From Spirochaetia bacterium (lineage in GTDB: Bacteria > Spirochaetota > Spirochaetia > SZUA-6 > Bin103), in assembly GCA_965198005.1 (NCBI GenBank), contig CBDAOI010000004.1, forward strand, positions 2,240,001 through 2,304,000: a stretch of DNA of 64,000 nt, written 5' to 3'. Positions 1 through 10,500 of the stretch are shown piece by piece. How positions within the stretch are numbered: the first letter of the stretch is position 1; each line of letters begins with the position of its first letter. A program made the position numbers and the translations under genes. The notes beneath the pieces were generated by a model that ran no database searches, was not told where the DNA came from, and worked only from the letters and a program-made list of their open reading frames with translations.

Positions 1-115
1 CCGCCTGGTGGACGCCGCTAGACGGGTGGCGCTGATTATCCGGCCCACCCACGTGTACGGGACGTTCTTCAGCACCAGCTGGCCCGGCAGGCGCATCGCA
101 CCCGGCGGACAGTAG
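1..115 (+). CDS. 3' end of PPOX-class (F420-dependent-like) oxidoreductase, partial at window edge
   Basis: Near-identical to 19189-19303, the 3' end of the PPOX gene; stop TAG at 113-115. Confidence 0.8.
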   Translation, partial: RLVDAARRVALIIRPTHVYGTFFSTSWPGRRIAPGGQ

Positions 116-126
116 GAGCTGGGGGA

Positions 127-387
127 GTGACAACGAACGTGCATGCGGTCGGCTCACCGCCTCGTGATCGCGCTGAGTTCGAACGACGCCTTGGCACGAT
201 AGTCGCGCGCTACCGCACCGAATGTCTCTGGGATCTGAAGGCCAGTCTGGATCTTGAGCAAGAGCAGGTCGCACGCATGGTGCTGCGACGGGTCATCTCA
301 TGCGCTGACCGCAACGGTTACATCGAAGCCAGGGGACTTCTGGAGTGGCTCTTACAGACTTCCAACGCAGCGTCTGCCGGCGTCTAG
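127..387 (+). CDS. Small protein upstream of AbiEii-like nucleotidyltransferase (putative antitoxin)
   Basis: 86 aa ORF overlapping the downstream gene; conserved in the duplicate. Confidence 0.65.
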   Translation: MTTNVHAVGSPPRDRAEFERRLGTIVARYRTECLWDLKASLDLEQEQVARMVLRRVISCADRNGYIEARGLLEWLLQTSNAASAGV

Positions 388-1157
388 CGGACCACCGCAA
401 ACGTGAGGGAGTAAGCTACATTGCCGGCGCGCTGGCTCTAAACCTGCTCCTCGAGTTGCCGCGCGTCTCCCGAGACATCGACATTTTTCACGACGCCGAG
501 GAGGCGGTCCACTCGTCGTTCGACGCCGACCGGCAGCATTTACAGGCCAACGGCTGCTCGATCACCATGCTGAGGGAGCTGCCCGGCTTCGTGCAGGTGG
601 TGGTCAGCAAAGCCGACGACGAGGTGCGTATGGAATGGACCCGCGACAGCGCGTTTCGTTTCTTCCCGCTGGTGGAGCACGAAGACCTGGGCCTGACGAT
701 GCACCCGTTCGACTTGGCGACCAACAAAGTGCTCGCGCTGGTAGGCCGGCTCGAGGTGCGCGATTGGGTCGATGTGATCAACTCCCACGCCAAGCTGCAG
801 CCGCTGGGCTACCTCATGTGGGCGGCTTGTGGTAAAGATCCCGGCTTCAGCCCGGGATCGCTGCTCGCGCACGCGCGCCGGACGGGACGCTACTCCGCCT
901 TGGAACTCGCGCAGTTGCAGTTCGAAGGCGACCCGCCGGACGCCGCCGCGCTGGCCGGCAACTGGCACGCAATGCTGACCCAGGCGGGTGAGATCATAGA
1001 CACGTTACCCGCCGAGCAGTCTGGCAACTGCGTCCTTGATGACCGCAGAAATCTGTTCACGGGTAATCGCACCCAGCTAAAACACGCCCGCGACGCAGCG
1101 GCGCTGCGATTTCATGCCGGCACTCTCGGTGGTGCACTCCCCCAGGTCGTCGAGTAA
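345..1157 (+). CDS. Nucleotidyltransferase, AbiEii/AbiGii-like toxin
   Basis: YIAGALAL...RVSRDIDIF motif, later K and RDWVD motifs. Confidence 0.75.
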   Translation: MALTDFQRSVCRRLADHRKREGVSYIAGALALNLLLELPRVSRDIDIFHDAEEAVHSSFDADRQHLQANGCSITMLRELPGFVQVVVSKADDEVRMEWTRDSAFRFFPLVEHEDLGLTMHPFDLATNKVLALVGRLEVRDWVDVINSHAKLQPLGYLMWAACGKDPGFSPGSLLAHARRTGRYSALELAQLQFEGDPPDAAALAGNWHAMLTQAGEIIDTLPAEQSGNCVLDDRRNLFTGNRTQLKHARDAAALRFHAGTLGGALPQVVE

Positions 1158-1217
1158 TCACGCACCAAGCCCACGCCACTCGCGCCAGTCCGCGCTAGTC
1201 TGGCGCCACCTTGACCA

Positions 1218-1542
1218 CCGGAGGAGTTGCGCGGGGAGTTGCTCGGTCGCATCGCGCAACTGGCGATGATGGCGGCGTACCGGGCGAGTTGGCCGGTGTT
1301 GCAGCGGCTGGTGCCGCTGCTGGCGGAGTTGGCGCAGGTGGGCGGCGACGAAGACCTGCGGCGGATCGTGGTGTACATTGCGACTACGACGCGGGAACGG
1401 GAGCGCTGGCAGGGAGGTGGAGAACTGATGAACAAGACCGAGGAGATGATCGAGATCTACGGCGATATGAGGGAGCGTGAAGGCCGTCAGGAAGGTGAGT
1501 TACGCGGCAAGGTGCAAACCATCGAGCGGCTGGTGGGACGCG
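1218..1542 (+). pseudogene. Rpn-family C-terminal fragment with internal deletion
   Basis: Matches ~26300-26680 but lacks HRFAEAVRRQVP; keeps internal RBS and ATG at 1428. Confidence 0.9.
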
Positions 1543-1628
1543 AACAGGGACTGCACCGAGAACGAGCGGGCACGTGCGTTCCTGGCGGACTGCCGGGCCA
1601 TAACCGGTAGCTGCGTTCGCTGGCCGCG

Positions 1629-3887
1629 GTGGCGGAGCCGGCGCCCTACGGCAGGGGCGAGCAGACGCTGGTGGACAGTTCCGTTCGTGCGTGCCGGCAG
1701 ATCGACGCGGCGCGGGTGCGCGTCACCGGCGGCGCGTGGCGCGACACGCTGGCCCAGGTCGTCGCACAGGCGGCAGCGGGACTCGGCTGCCCTCCCGAGC
1801 ATACTTCCGCGCAACTGTACAAGCTGTTGGTGTACGAGCCGGGCGGGTTCTTCGCTCCGCACCGGGATACCGAGAAGGTGGACGGCATGGTCGCGACGCT
1901 GGTGGTGTCGCTGCCGGTGGCGGGCGCCGGCGGCGAACTGGTCATCCGTCACGGCGAGCGCGAGGCCGTCGTCGACCTGTGCACCACCGAGCCCTCCGAG
2001 CTTGCCTTCGCCGCCTTCTACGCGGATTGCGTCCACGAAATCCGGCCAGTGACCGCCGGCTACCGTATCGTCCTCGTCTACCATCTGGTAGTGCGCGGCG
2101 CGGCTGCCCTCGTGCTCCGGGCGGCGCCCGACTACGCCGCGCAGGAGGACCAGCTTGCGGCCCAACTGCGAAGTTGGGAAGCGGCGTCGGCGGCGGGCGA
2201 CAAGTTGGTCTGGCTGCTTGAGCACCGATACAGCGAAGCGGGTCTGTCGTTCGACGGGCTGAAGAACGCCGACGCGGCGCTCGGACGCGTTTTCGCCCGA
2301 GCAGCGCAGCGGGTGGATCACGCGCTGTACGCGGCCATCCTCAGCATTTACGAGTGGGGCACCGTGGACGAATCGGGCGACTTTCCCGATTGGGACGATC
2401 CCGAGGACTACGACTGGGACGACGAAGATTGGGACGAAGAGCAGATCGTCTCCACCCGCGAGCTGCTGGGATTGGTCGCTCCGGACGGCTCGCGGCCCGA
2501 CTATGGCGCGCTGCCGCTGCTGCCGGGGGAACTGCTTCCGGCCGGGGCGCTGGACGACGTGAAACCGGACCACGAGGACAGCCGGGTGACGGGCAACGAA
2601 GGCGTCGAGCTAGCGCGCAGCTATCGCCGCGCGGCCCTGGTGCTGTGGCCGCGGGGGAGGACCTTGGGGACCGTGGCCCGCGGCGGAATCGAGCGCGCCG
2701 TCGCCTGGTTTGGCGACGATCTGGCGCGGCTGGAACAGGATCCGGGCGAACGATCCGAGCTGTGCGGCCTCGCTGCGCAGCTCATTGACGCTTGGCCGGC
2801 GCCGGACCCCGCTCGGTTCTATCGTCGCCATGACCCGGATGGGGCGCAGCAGGGCTGCCGGGAGGTGTTGCGCCTGCTGCGCCGTCTCGGGGATGAGGCC
2901 ACGACCGGGCGCTTCCTCCGCGAGGTTGCCACCCGGCACTACAGCGGTGGGGAGAATGACGAGTTGCTGGCGACGGCGGCAGTGATCACCCCGGATACCC
3001 TGCAAGCCTGGCTGCCGGAGTTCACGGCGAACAACCTCGCGGACTTCCCGGAGGGCGTTCTCGATCTGCTCTGGCGCCTGTGCCCGCGAGCAGAATCGCC
3101 GGACGGACGGGAGCAGCGCCGGCAACCCGCGCTGGCCGCCGCGGCACGCTCTGTCTGCCGGATGTTGCCGGCGGTGGTCGGCGCGGCACCCGCCACCGAG
3201 CCTGCCGCAGGCTTCCGGCCGACGTCGTCGCGCGTCCAACCGCTGAGCGCGCAGGCGATCCGCGCCCTGTTGGGGCTCATCTGGGACTACGCACCGGCCG
3301 CAGTGGCCGACGAGGCGGTTGCCCTGCTGGTGCAGCAGACGGCAGCGCCGCCGCCGGATCGCGCCTTGCCGCAGGCACTGGCGGAACTGGCGCAACCCGG
3401 CGGCGTCACCGGTGCCGCGTCCGAGCCCGCCGGGTTCGCAACCCTGTGGCGGCACGCGGCAAGCTCTCTGCTGACGCGCACCGCGGCGCCGCCGGAGGAA
3501 CCGCGCGACTGGGTCATCGAGACCCGGCTTGCGTGCGACTGCGCGAATTGCGCACGGCTGCAGGCGTTCTGCGCCGACCCGGAGGCCACCACGGTGCGGT
3601 TCAGGATGCGGCAGGATCTGCGCGCGCACGTCGAGTCGACCATCAGGATTCGGCAACTGGACATCGACTGCGAGACCGAGCGCAAGGGCAGTCCGCACAC
3701 CCTGATCTGCACCAAGAACCGAGCCACCTACGAGCGCCGCTGCGCAGAGTACGCCGAGGACATCGCCAACATGCGGCTCCTGGCAGCCGCGGCCCCACGT
3801 AGTGAAAAGGATGCCCTCGGTCCGGCGGATCTGCGTCGCCTGCGCGCGGCGATTGCGCGCGCAGGCGACGCCGCGAACGGCGGCTGA
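1629..3887 (+). CDS. 2OG-Fe(II) oxygenase superfamily protein, probably 5'-truncated
   Basis: PHRD, DCVHE and YRIVLVY motifs; frame opens abruptly at LRSLAAVAEPAPYG right after patchwork DNA. Confidence 0.8.
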   Translation: MAEPAPYGRGEQTLVDSSVRACRQIDAARVRVTGGAWRDTLAQVVAQAAAGLGCPPEHTSAQLYKLLVYEPGGFFAPHRDTEKVDGMVATLVVSLPVAGAGGELVIRHGEREAVVDLCTTEPSELAFAAFYADCVHEIRPVTAGYRIVLVYHLVVRGAAALVLRAAPDYAAQEDQLAAQLRSWEAASAAGDKLVWLLEHRYSEAGLSFDGLKNADAALGRVFARAAQRVDHALYAAILSIYEWGTVDESGDFPDWDDPEDYDWDDEDWDEEQIVSTRELLGLVAPDGSRPDYGALPLLPGELLPAGALDDVKPDHEDSRVTGNEGVELARSYRRAALVLWPRGRTLGTVARGGIERAVAWFGDDLARLEQDPGERSELCGLAAQLIDAWPAPDPARFYRRHDPDGAQQGCREVLRLLRRLGDEATTGRFLREVATRHYSGGENDELLATAAVITPDTLQAWLPEFTANNLADFPEGVLDLLWRLCPRAESPDGREQRRQPALAAAARSVCRMLPAVVGAAPATEPAAGFRPTSSRVQPLSAQAIRALLGLIWDYAPAAVADEAVALLVQQTAAPPPDRALPQALAELAQPGGVTGAASEPAGFATLWRHAASSLLTRTAAPPEEPRDWVIETRLACDCANCARLQAFCADPEATTVRFRMRQDLRAHVESTIRIRQLDIDCETERKGSPHTLICTKNRATYERRCAEYAEDIANMRLLAAAAPRSEKDALGPADLRRLRAAIARAGDAANGG

Positions 3888-3895
3888 GGCTGCTC

Positions 3896-4158
3896 TGCTG
3901 ATCCTGGTGACGGTGATGTCGGTGGTCGGCCAAGGAGTACTGCAGATCATCGTGGTGCGGGGGGTGCTGGGCGGCATCGGCGGCTCGCGGGTGGTCCGGG
4001 GCGCGGTGACCGTCACGCGGCCGCGGTCTCGATAGTATGTTGCGATGCGCAGCTGGTGGCTCATCGGATAGATTCCGGTCCTGCGGTACCAGGCGACGGG
4101 CCGTGACCATGGAGAACATCTTCAACCTGCCGGGGCTCGGTCGCCTCTTGGTGACTGC
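3896..4158. pseudogene. Patchwork: dppC-like piece (3896-4013,+), PhtC-like piece (~4050-4096,-), dppB-like piece (~4101-4158,+)
   Basis: Similar to ~9911-10029, ~27240-27287 and the MENIFNLPGLGRL segment of the dppB genes. Confidence 0.8.
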
Positions 4159-4241
4159 TGCCATGCCTACCAGTGTAGCATGATACACTCCACCGAAAGG
4201 TGCAGGGCCACCCGCCAGGCGTCGTCAACGAGGGTCGAAAC

Positions 4242-5818
4242 ATGCGTTCGTTCAACACCGCTGGTCCCGTCAAGCCCGACAAGCACTATTGCGTCCCGCC
4301 GCTTGAGCGCATCGACCTGGACGACGTCCTTCGGCTGGTGCGAGACGAGCAGTACTTCGTGCTGCACGCGCCGCGGCAGACCGGCAAGACGTCGGCGCTG
4401 CTGGCGCTGGCCGAGGTGCTGAACGGGCGCGGCTACCGGTGCGTGTACGTTACCGTCGAAACCGCCCGCACCGCGCGCGACGACGTGCAGCGGGCGATGC
4501 GCACGGTGCTCGCCACGCTGGCGTCGCAGGCGCGGGCGACGCTGGATGACGGCTTTCTGGACGACATCTGGCCGGACCTTCTGGCGCGAGTCGGTCCGGA
4601 CTTGGCGCTAGGCGTAGCTCTGGGGCGCTGGGCGCAGGCATCGCCGGGACCGCTGGTGCTGCTGATCGACGAGATCGACACGCTGGTGGGCGATTCGTTG
4701 CTGTCGGTGCTCCAGCAACTCCGCGCCGCTATCCCGGCCGCCCGGAGCGCTTCCCGCACAGCGTGGTGCTGTCCGGCATGCGCGACCTGCGCGACTACCG
4801 CATGGGCGCCGCCGGCAGCCCGTTCAACATCGCCGCGAAGTCGCTGCGGCTGGGCGACTTCTCGCGCGAGCAGACACAAGCGCTGCTGGGCCAGCACACC
4901 GAGCAGACCGGCCAGGCGTTCGCGCCCGAGGCGCTGGAGGCGGTGTGGATGCAGACCCGCGGCCAGCCCTGGCTGGTGAACGCACTGGCGTACGGCGCCT
5001 GCTTCGAGAACAAGACGCTGCGCGAAGACCGTTCCCGCACGGTGACCGCCGACGACGTCGCCGCGGTGCGCGAGGACCTGATCGTGAACCGGGTGACCCA
5101 CCTGGACTACCTGGCGGACAAGCTGCGCGAGGATCGCGTACGGCGGGTGATCGAGCCGATGCTGAGCGGCGCGGAGCGGCACGCCTTCACGGACCGCGAT
5201 GTCGCGTACGTGCGCGACCTGGGGCTGGTGGCCCGCGACGCGCCGTTGCGGGTGGCCAACCCGATCTACGCCGAAGTGCTGCCGCGCGAACTCGCGTGGG
5301 TGGTGCAGGAGACGCTGGAGCTGTCGCCGCCGCGGTACCTGAGAACGGACGGCAGCCTGGACGCGGAGTTGCTGATGGCGGAGTTCCAGAGCTTCTTCCG
5401 CCGCCACTCCGAGCACTGGAGGGACCGCTTCGCCTACGCGGAGGCGTGGCCGCAGTTGCTCCTGCAGGCGTTCTTGCAGCGCGTCGTGAACGGCGGCGGC
5501 CGCATCGAGCGGGAGTACGCGCTGGGCAGCGGGCGGGTGGACCTGCTGATCGTGTGGCCGCTGGCGGACCGGGTGCAGGAGTTGGTGGTGGAGTGCAAGG
5601 TGGTGCGCGACCACGACGGGCTGGAGAGCGTCGTAGACGAGGGCGTGGAGCAGACGGCGCGGTACGTGGACCGCAGCGGGGCAGAGGCGGGGCACCTGGT
5701 CGTGATCGACCAGCGGGAGCACCGGAGCTGGGAGGAGAAGATCTACCGCATCCGGCGCCGCTCCGCGCATCTGCGCCGCGGCGGCGGTGCCGTGCCGGTG
5801 GCAGTGTGGGGGATGTGA
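4242..5818 (+). CDS. AAA-family ATPase with C-terminal PD-(D/E)xK-like domain; 1-bp frameshift near 4728
   Basis: APRQTGKT Walker A, LLIDEID Walker B, REY...GRVDL...VECK; adding one G restores RAGYPGRPERFPHSVVL. Confidence 0.85.
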
Positions 5819-5920
5819 GCGGACTCGCGGACCGTGATCGCACAGGTAGATCAGGAGATGGGGCCGAAGCGGTGCTCATGGACACATGGACAGATGTTTG
5901 ATCACGGTCTACGGTGGCAC

Positions 5921-5954
5921 CCATGGGCACGTTGAGATTCGGCTGGCATATGCC
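5921..5954 (+). repeat. 34-bp exact inverted copy of the LLM gene start (12700-12733)
   Basis: ccatgggcacgttgagattcggctggcatatgcc is the reverse complement of 12700-12733. Confidence 0.95.
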
Positions 5955-6143
5955 GAGCGGGCCGAGCGGTTGACAGTTTGCCGCCCGCGTGCCACCGCCA
6001 GCGCTGAAGTGCACGTCCTGGCGGAACGCGCGAGGCGCCGCCGGAAAAAAAGTGAAAAATGATGCAATGAGCGCTAATGAGCGCTTGACCGCTCTGGCGG
6101 GGATGTGCGATGGTATCGGGGTTGGGGACTCGAACGGATACGG

Positions 6144-6521
6144 ATGATGCTTGACTACGCACTGCAGCCCTGCCATCGGCCCACGCTACTCGCGCCCGAG
6201 CACCGCCGCCCGGCGTGCCGCTTTGGCCCATCCCGTCCCGTCTACCCCCCCCCCCCGGCGAGATCCAAGCACCTCGTAGGGCCTAGCCGCTCACCGCGGC
6301 GCGTCCACACCTACTGCGCCGCCAGCGGCGGCCTAGCTCCCGTAGACACCCACACCCAGCGCACCACGCCCGCGCGCAGCGGCGGTCGCGGCGCCGTCAG
6401 CCCCACGCCGTGGGGCGACCATCTGCACCATGCGAAACGGCCGGAGTTTCCGGCCACACAACAAACAACACGGGTACCGGGATCCATCCCGAGCCCGAAA
6501 CCGAGGAGGAGTACGCTATGA
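6144..6521 (+). promoter_or_regulatory. Leader ORF with poly-C tract (C12 at 6245-6256), stop overlapping the SBP start (ATGA)
   Basis: Homologous without indels to 30915-31191; TGA 6519-6521 overlaps ATG 6518. Confidence 0.7.
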
Positions 6522-8290
6522 CTCCAAAACTCATTGGGCTGACGCTGGCGTTCGCGCTGGCGGCTACCGTTACGTTCGCCAGCCCCGCCGGCGAGGACGC
6601 GGGCGCGGCAACCGACCGCGAGATGGTGATGGACCCATCCACCGGCGAGATGATAAGCGCGCCGGAGTACGGCGGCACGTTCACCTATGCACTCAAGGAA
6701 GAGCCGGGGGGCATCGACGCCGTGCTCGCCGGTGGTTGGGGATCCATCATCTACAATCTCGTCGTCGAGAATCTGACGATCCAGGACTGGTCAACGCCAA
6801 GAGACGAGCACGACTTTGCGACGGCCCTCCCGCCGACGCACACCATCGGGCTCCTGGCCGAGAGCTGGTCGCAGCCCGACCCTCTTACCTACGTCCTCAA
6901 CATCCGCCAGGGCGTTCGCTTTCATGACAAGGCACCGGTGAACGGTCGCCTGTTTACCGCCGAGGATGTCGAGTTCAACTTCCACCGGTTGTTTGGCATC
7001 GGCAGCGGCTACACCGAACGCAGCGAGTTTATTAATGCCGGCGAGTACACCGGCGTCGAGCTCGAATCGGTAACCGCCACCGACAGCTCGACGGTGGTGA
7101 TCAAGCTGCCAGCGCCAAACAGCGGTGCTCTTGTGGCGATCATCCAAGGGGGCATGAACATCATGTACGCCCCCGAGGTCATCCGGGCAAAGGGGAACGC
7201 GAGTGATTGGCGGGATCTGGTCGGCACCGGGCCCTATACACTCACCGACTGGACCAAGGGCAGCTCCGTTACCTATGACAAGAATCCCGACTACTGGCGC
7301 TTCGACGAGAAGTTCCCGGAGAACCGGCTCCCCTATTTCGACCAGATACGCGCGCTGGTCATGCCCGAGGTGGCGACGTACGTCTCAGCGCTGCGCAGCG
7401 GTCAGCTCGATTACATAGGTGCAGCAGGTGGCACTACCACGTTGCGGGGTGTCGACCAGTTAGAGAGCCTGCAGCGCACCAACCCTGAGCTGAAGGTCTA
7501 TTCGTTTGCGTTACGGTCGGACCAAGATGTCGGCATGAACATTAAGGTCAAGCCCTTTGACGACATCCGGGTACGCAAGGCGATGCAGATGGCCCTCAAC
7601 CTCGACGAGATCGACCAAGGATACTATAAAGGCTTGGCGGATGCCATCCCCCAGGGGCAGATAAGCCGCTTCAATACTGCCGTCGCGACCCCGTTCGAAG
7701 ATTGGCCGGCAGATGTCAGGAAGGCGTTCGAGTATGACCCAGCCGGTGCCGAGGCGCTGCTCGACGAGGCGGGGTATCCGCGCGGCGCCGACGGCGTCAG
7801 ATTCGAGACCGAGATCGTACACCAACCGCGCTACGATCTGAACTACACCGAGCTCCTGATCAGTTATTGGGACGCCATCGGCGTCAAGGCAGAGGTCGTC
7901 ATTCTGCCACTGGCTGAGCACGTGGCCGCAAGAACAGAGGGAAACTATGAGCTCATCACGGCGGAAGGGGCTTACAAGGGCTCCGCAGCGGCTATTTTGG
8001 GGAAATTCCTCTCGACATCATGGAACACCTCCGAGGTCGACGACGAGTGGTACAGGGCCAAGTTCGAAGAGTACCAAGCCGCGACCACGCTTGACGAACA
8101 AAACGGGGCGCTCCGCGAGCTGGAGATGTACTCGATCGAGCAGTTCTGGCAGCTGGCCGGGGCGGTGGGGCCAGAATTCTCGGTGACCCAGCCGTGGGTC
8201 GCGGGATACAACGGCGAGTCGACTTTGACGAAGTCCGGCCAATATCTGGCTTTCGCGCGCCTGTGGTTCGATAGCAGTCTGAAGCCGTAG
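6518..8290 (+). CDS. ABC transporter substrate-binding protein, family 5 (SBP1)
   Basis: GAGGAG RBS, signal peptide ending VTFA, LAESW, GVRFHD, GTGPY, DIRVRKAM motifs. Confidence 0.92.
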   Translation: MTPKLIGLTLAFALAATVTFASPAGEDAGAATDREMVMDPSTGEMISAPEYGGTFTYALKEEPGGIDAVLAGGWGSIIYNLVVENLTIQDWSTPRDEHDFATALPPTHTIGLLAESWSQPDPLTYVLNIRQGVRFHDKAPVNGRLFTAEDVEFNFHRLFGIGSGYTERSEFINAGEYTGVELESVTATDSSTVVIKLPAPNSGALVAIIQGGMNIMYAPEVIRAKGNASDWRDLVGTGPYTLTDWTKGSSVTYDKNPDYWRFDEKFPENRLPYFDQIRALVMPEVATYVSALRSGQLDYIGAAGGTTTLRGVDQLESLQRTNPELKVYSFALRSDQDVGMNIKVKPFDDIRVRKAMQMALNLDEIDQGYYKGLADAIPQGQISRFNTAVATPFEDWPADVRKAFEYDPAGAEALLDEAGYPRGADGVRFETEIVHQPRYDLNYTELLISYWDAIGVKAEVVILPLAEHVAARTEGNYELITAEGAYKGSAAAILGKFLSTSWNTSEVDDEWYRAKFEEYQAATTLDEQNGALRELEMYSIEQFWQLAGAVGPEFSVTQPWVAGYNGESTLTKSGQYLAFARLWFDSSLKP

Positions 8291-8558
8291 GGCGCGGCGC
8301 GCTTGTAGCTGGGGGGTGGGGCCGCCGCACGGCCGGCGGCCGGCCCTGCTTCCCGGCGCTAGCAGCCCGTGGTGGACCCCGGCGTCGCACCGAGAGCGGC
8401 GAGGCGCTCGGCTGGCAAGGCGCGACGAACGAGCATATCGGGCGTATGTGAGCGAGGAGCAACGCAGCCAGCCGGGGATGCATTCGCCGCTCGAATGCAG
8501 CCGGAGTTGCACCACGGGCTGCTCGGTCCTCCCCCCAGCAAATGATGGAGCGTAGTGC

Positions 8559-9524
8559 ATGAGGGCGTATGCCGTCCGGCGGCTGTTGATGGTCATTCCG
8601 ACCCTGTTCCTCGTCACCGTCCTGGTGTTTCTGTCGGTCCGCTTCCTCCCGGGGGATGTGATCGATGTGATGGAAGCGCGCTTACAAGCCACGCAAGGTG
8701 CGACGGGGGGGATCGACCGCGGCGCCCTCGAGCGCCGGCTCGGATTGGATGTGCCGGTCTACGTCCAGTATGGGCGCTGGGTGGGCGGGATCTTCCTCCG
8801 CGGCACCCTCGGCCCATCACTGACGGGCAGCGACACCGTGGAGCAGAGCATCGCCGAGCGGCTGCCGGTGACCGTTCAGCTCGGCCTGATGGCGATCGTC
8901 ATCGGGCTGGTGATCGCCGTGCCGGTGGGCATCTATTCGGCGATTCGCCAGGATACGGCCGGCGACTACGTGTGGCGGTCGCTGGCCATCCTCGGCCTGG
9001 CGACGCCCAACTTCTGGCTGGCCACCATGGTCATCGTGTTTCCGGCAATCTGGTGGGGGTGGTCGCCACCGCTGGTGCTGGTCTCCTTCGCGGAAGACCC
9101 GCTCGGGAGCCTGGCCGGATTCGCCATTCCCAGCCTGATCCTGGGGACCTATCTGTCCGCGGCCACCATGCGGATGACCCGGACCATGATGCTGGAGGTG
9201 CTCAGGCAGGACTACATCAGGACCGCCTGGTCCAAGGGACTGCTGGAGCGCGCGGTGATCCTGCGCCACGCCGTCAAGAACGCGCTCATCCCGGTGGTGA
9301 GCCTGGTTGCCCTGCAGGTGCCGATCCTGGTGGGCGGCTCGGTGATCATCGAGAACATCTTCAACCTGCCGGGGCTGGGGCGGCTGCTGGTGAATGCGCT
9401 TTCGATCAGAGACTACCCGATCGTGTCGGGCGTCAACCTGGTGTTCGCCATCGTGGTGGTGGCGGTCAATCTGGTCACCGACCTCTCGTACGCGCTGATC
9501 GACCCGCGCGTGCGCTACCGGTAG
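8559..9524 (+). CDS. Peptide/nickel ABC permease, DppB-like (B1)
   Basis: QDYIRTAWSKGL EAA motif, IENIFNLPGLG. Confidence 0.93.
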   Translation: MRAYAVRRLLMVIPTLFLVTVLVFLSVRFLPGDVIDVMEARLQATQGATGGIDRGALERRLGLDVPVYVQYGRWVGGIFLRGTLGPSLTGSDTVEQSIAERLPVTVQLGLMAIVIGLVIAVPVGIYSAIRQDTAGDYVWRSLAILGLATPNFWLATMVIVFPAIWWGWSPPLVLVSFAEDPLGSLAGFAIPSLILGTYLSAATMRMTRTMMLEVLRQDYIRTAWSKGLLERAVILRHAVKNALIPVVSLVALQVPILVGGSVIIENIFNLPGLGRLLVNALSIRDYPIVSGVNLVFAIVVVAVNLVTDLSYALIDPRVRYR

Positions 9525-9531
9525 GGCACCG

Positions 9532-10452
9532 ATGCGCACGTTCGCGGATTTCTTTGTCCGGCTGCGCCGGGAGAAGCCGCTGGCGGTGGTGCTCGGGATC
9601 GTGCTGCTGCTGTTGATCGGGGTGGCGCTGTTGGCCGACGTGCTGGCACCGTTCGGTCCCAACGAGGTGTTCCTGATGGACCGGCTGCAGGGCTCCTCGG
9701 TCCGCTATCCGCTGGGCACCGACCAGTTGGGCCGCGATTTCGCCAGCCGCCTCATCTATGGCGCTCGCCTCACCCTGGGCGTCGGCCTGGCCGCGACCGC
9801 GGTCAACGTGCTGGTGGCGCTGGTCGTGGGCGGCGTTTCCGGCTTCATCGGTGGCCGGCTCGACCTGACGGTGCAGCGCTTCGTTGATGCCTGGATGTCG
9901 ATTCCCGGCCTGCTGATCCTGCTGACGGTGATGTCGGTGGTCGGCCGCGGGGTGCTGCAGATCATCCTGGTGCTGGGGGTGCTGGGCGGCATCGGCGCCT
10001 CGCGGGTGGTCCGGGGCGCGGTGATCGTCGCCAAGGAGCACGTCTACTTCGAGGCGGCGCGGGCGGTCGGCAGCTCGCGCTGGCGCACCCTGCTGCGCCA
10101 CCTGCTGCCCAACATCGCGCCGGTGCTGATCGTCATCTACAGCATCAACATCGGCGCGGTGGTGATCAGCGAGGCATCCTTGAGCTTCCTGGGGTTCGGG
10201 CTGCCGACCACGGTGCCGAGCTGGGGCGGCATGCTGAGCCGGGAGGGGCGCCAGTACATGGAGATCGCGCCGCGGCTGGCGGTGTGGCCGGGCCTGTGCC
10301 TGACGGTGGTGGTGTACTGCCTGAACATGGTTGGCGACGCGGTGCGCGACCTGCTCGACCCGCGGCTGCGTGGCGGCGGCGGCCGGCTCGGCGCCTACGG
10401 CGCGCAGGCGGTCAGAAAAGCCGGATCCACTCCACCGCCCGCGCGGAAGTGA
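9532..10452 (+). CDS. Peptide/nickel ABC permease, DppC-like (C1)
   Basis: LGTDQLGRD, YFEAARAVG, EASLSFLGFG, PSWG. Confidence 0.93.
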   Translation: MRTFADFFVRLRREKPLAVVLGIVLLLLIGVALLADVLAPFGPNEVFLMDRLQGSSVRYPLGTDQLGRDFASRLIYGARLTLGVGLAATAVNVLVALVVGGVSGFIGGRLDLTVQRFVDAWMSIPGLLILLTVMSVVGRGVLQIILVLGVLGGIGASRVVRGAVIVAKEHVYFEAARAVGSSRWRTLLRHLLPNIAPVLIVIYSINIGAVVISEASLSFLGFGLPTTVPSWGGMLSREGRQYMEIAPRLAVWPGLCLTVVVYCLNMVGDAVRDLLDPRLRGGGGRLGAYGAQAVRKAGSTPPPARK

Positions 10453-10500
10453 GACCCCCGACCGTGGTCGGGCTGCAAGCGGCGTGCAGCGGGCCGGACC

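Larger units (their letters stand above)
1..1157 (+). repeat. Direct repeat copy 1 of [PPOX 3' end + AbiEii-like gene pair]; copy 2 at 19189-20345
   Basis: Colinear at constant offset 19188 with scattered substitutions. Confidence 0.95.

Noticed and set aside
1540-1600. PIN-toxin fragment (ANRDCTENERARAFLADC)
   Set aside because: Resembles VapC N-terminal helices but is too short to support without a search
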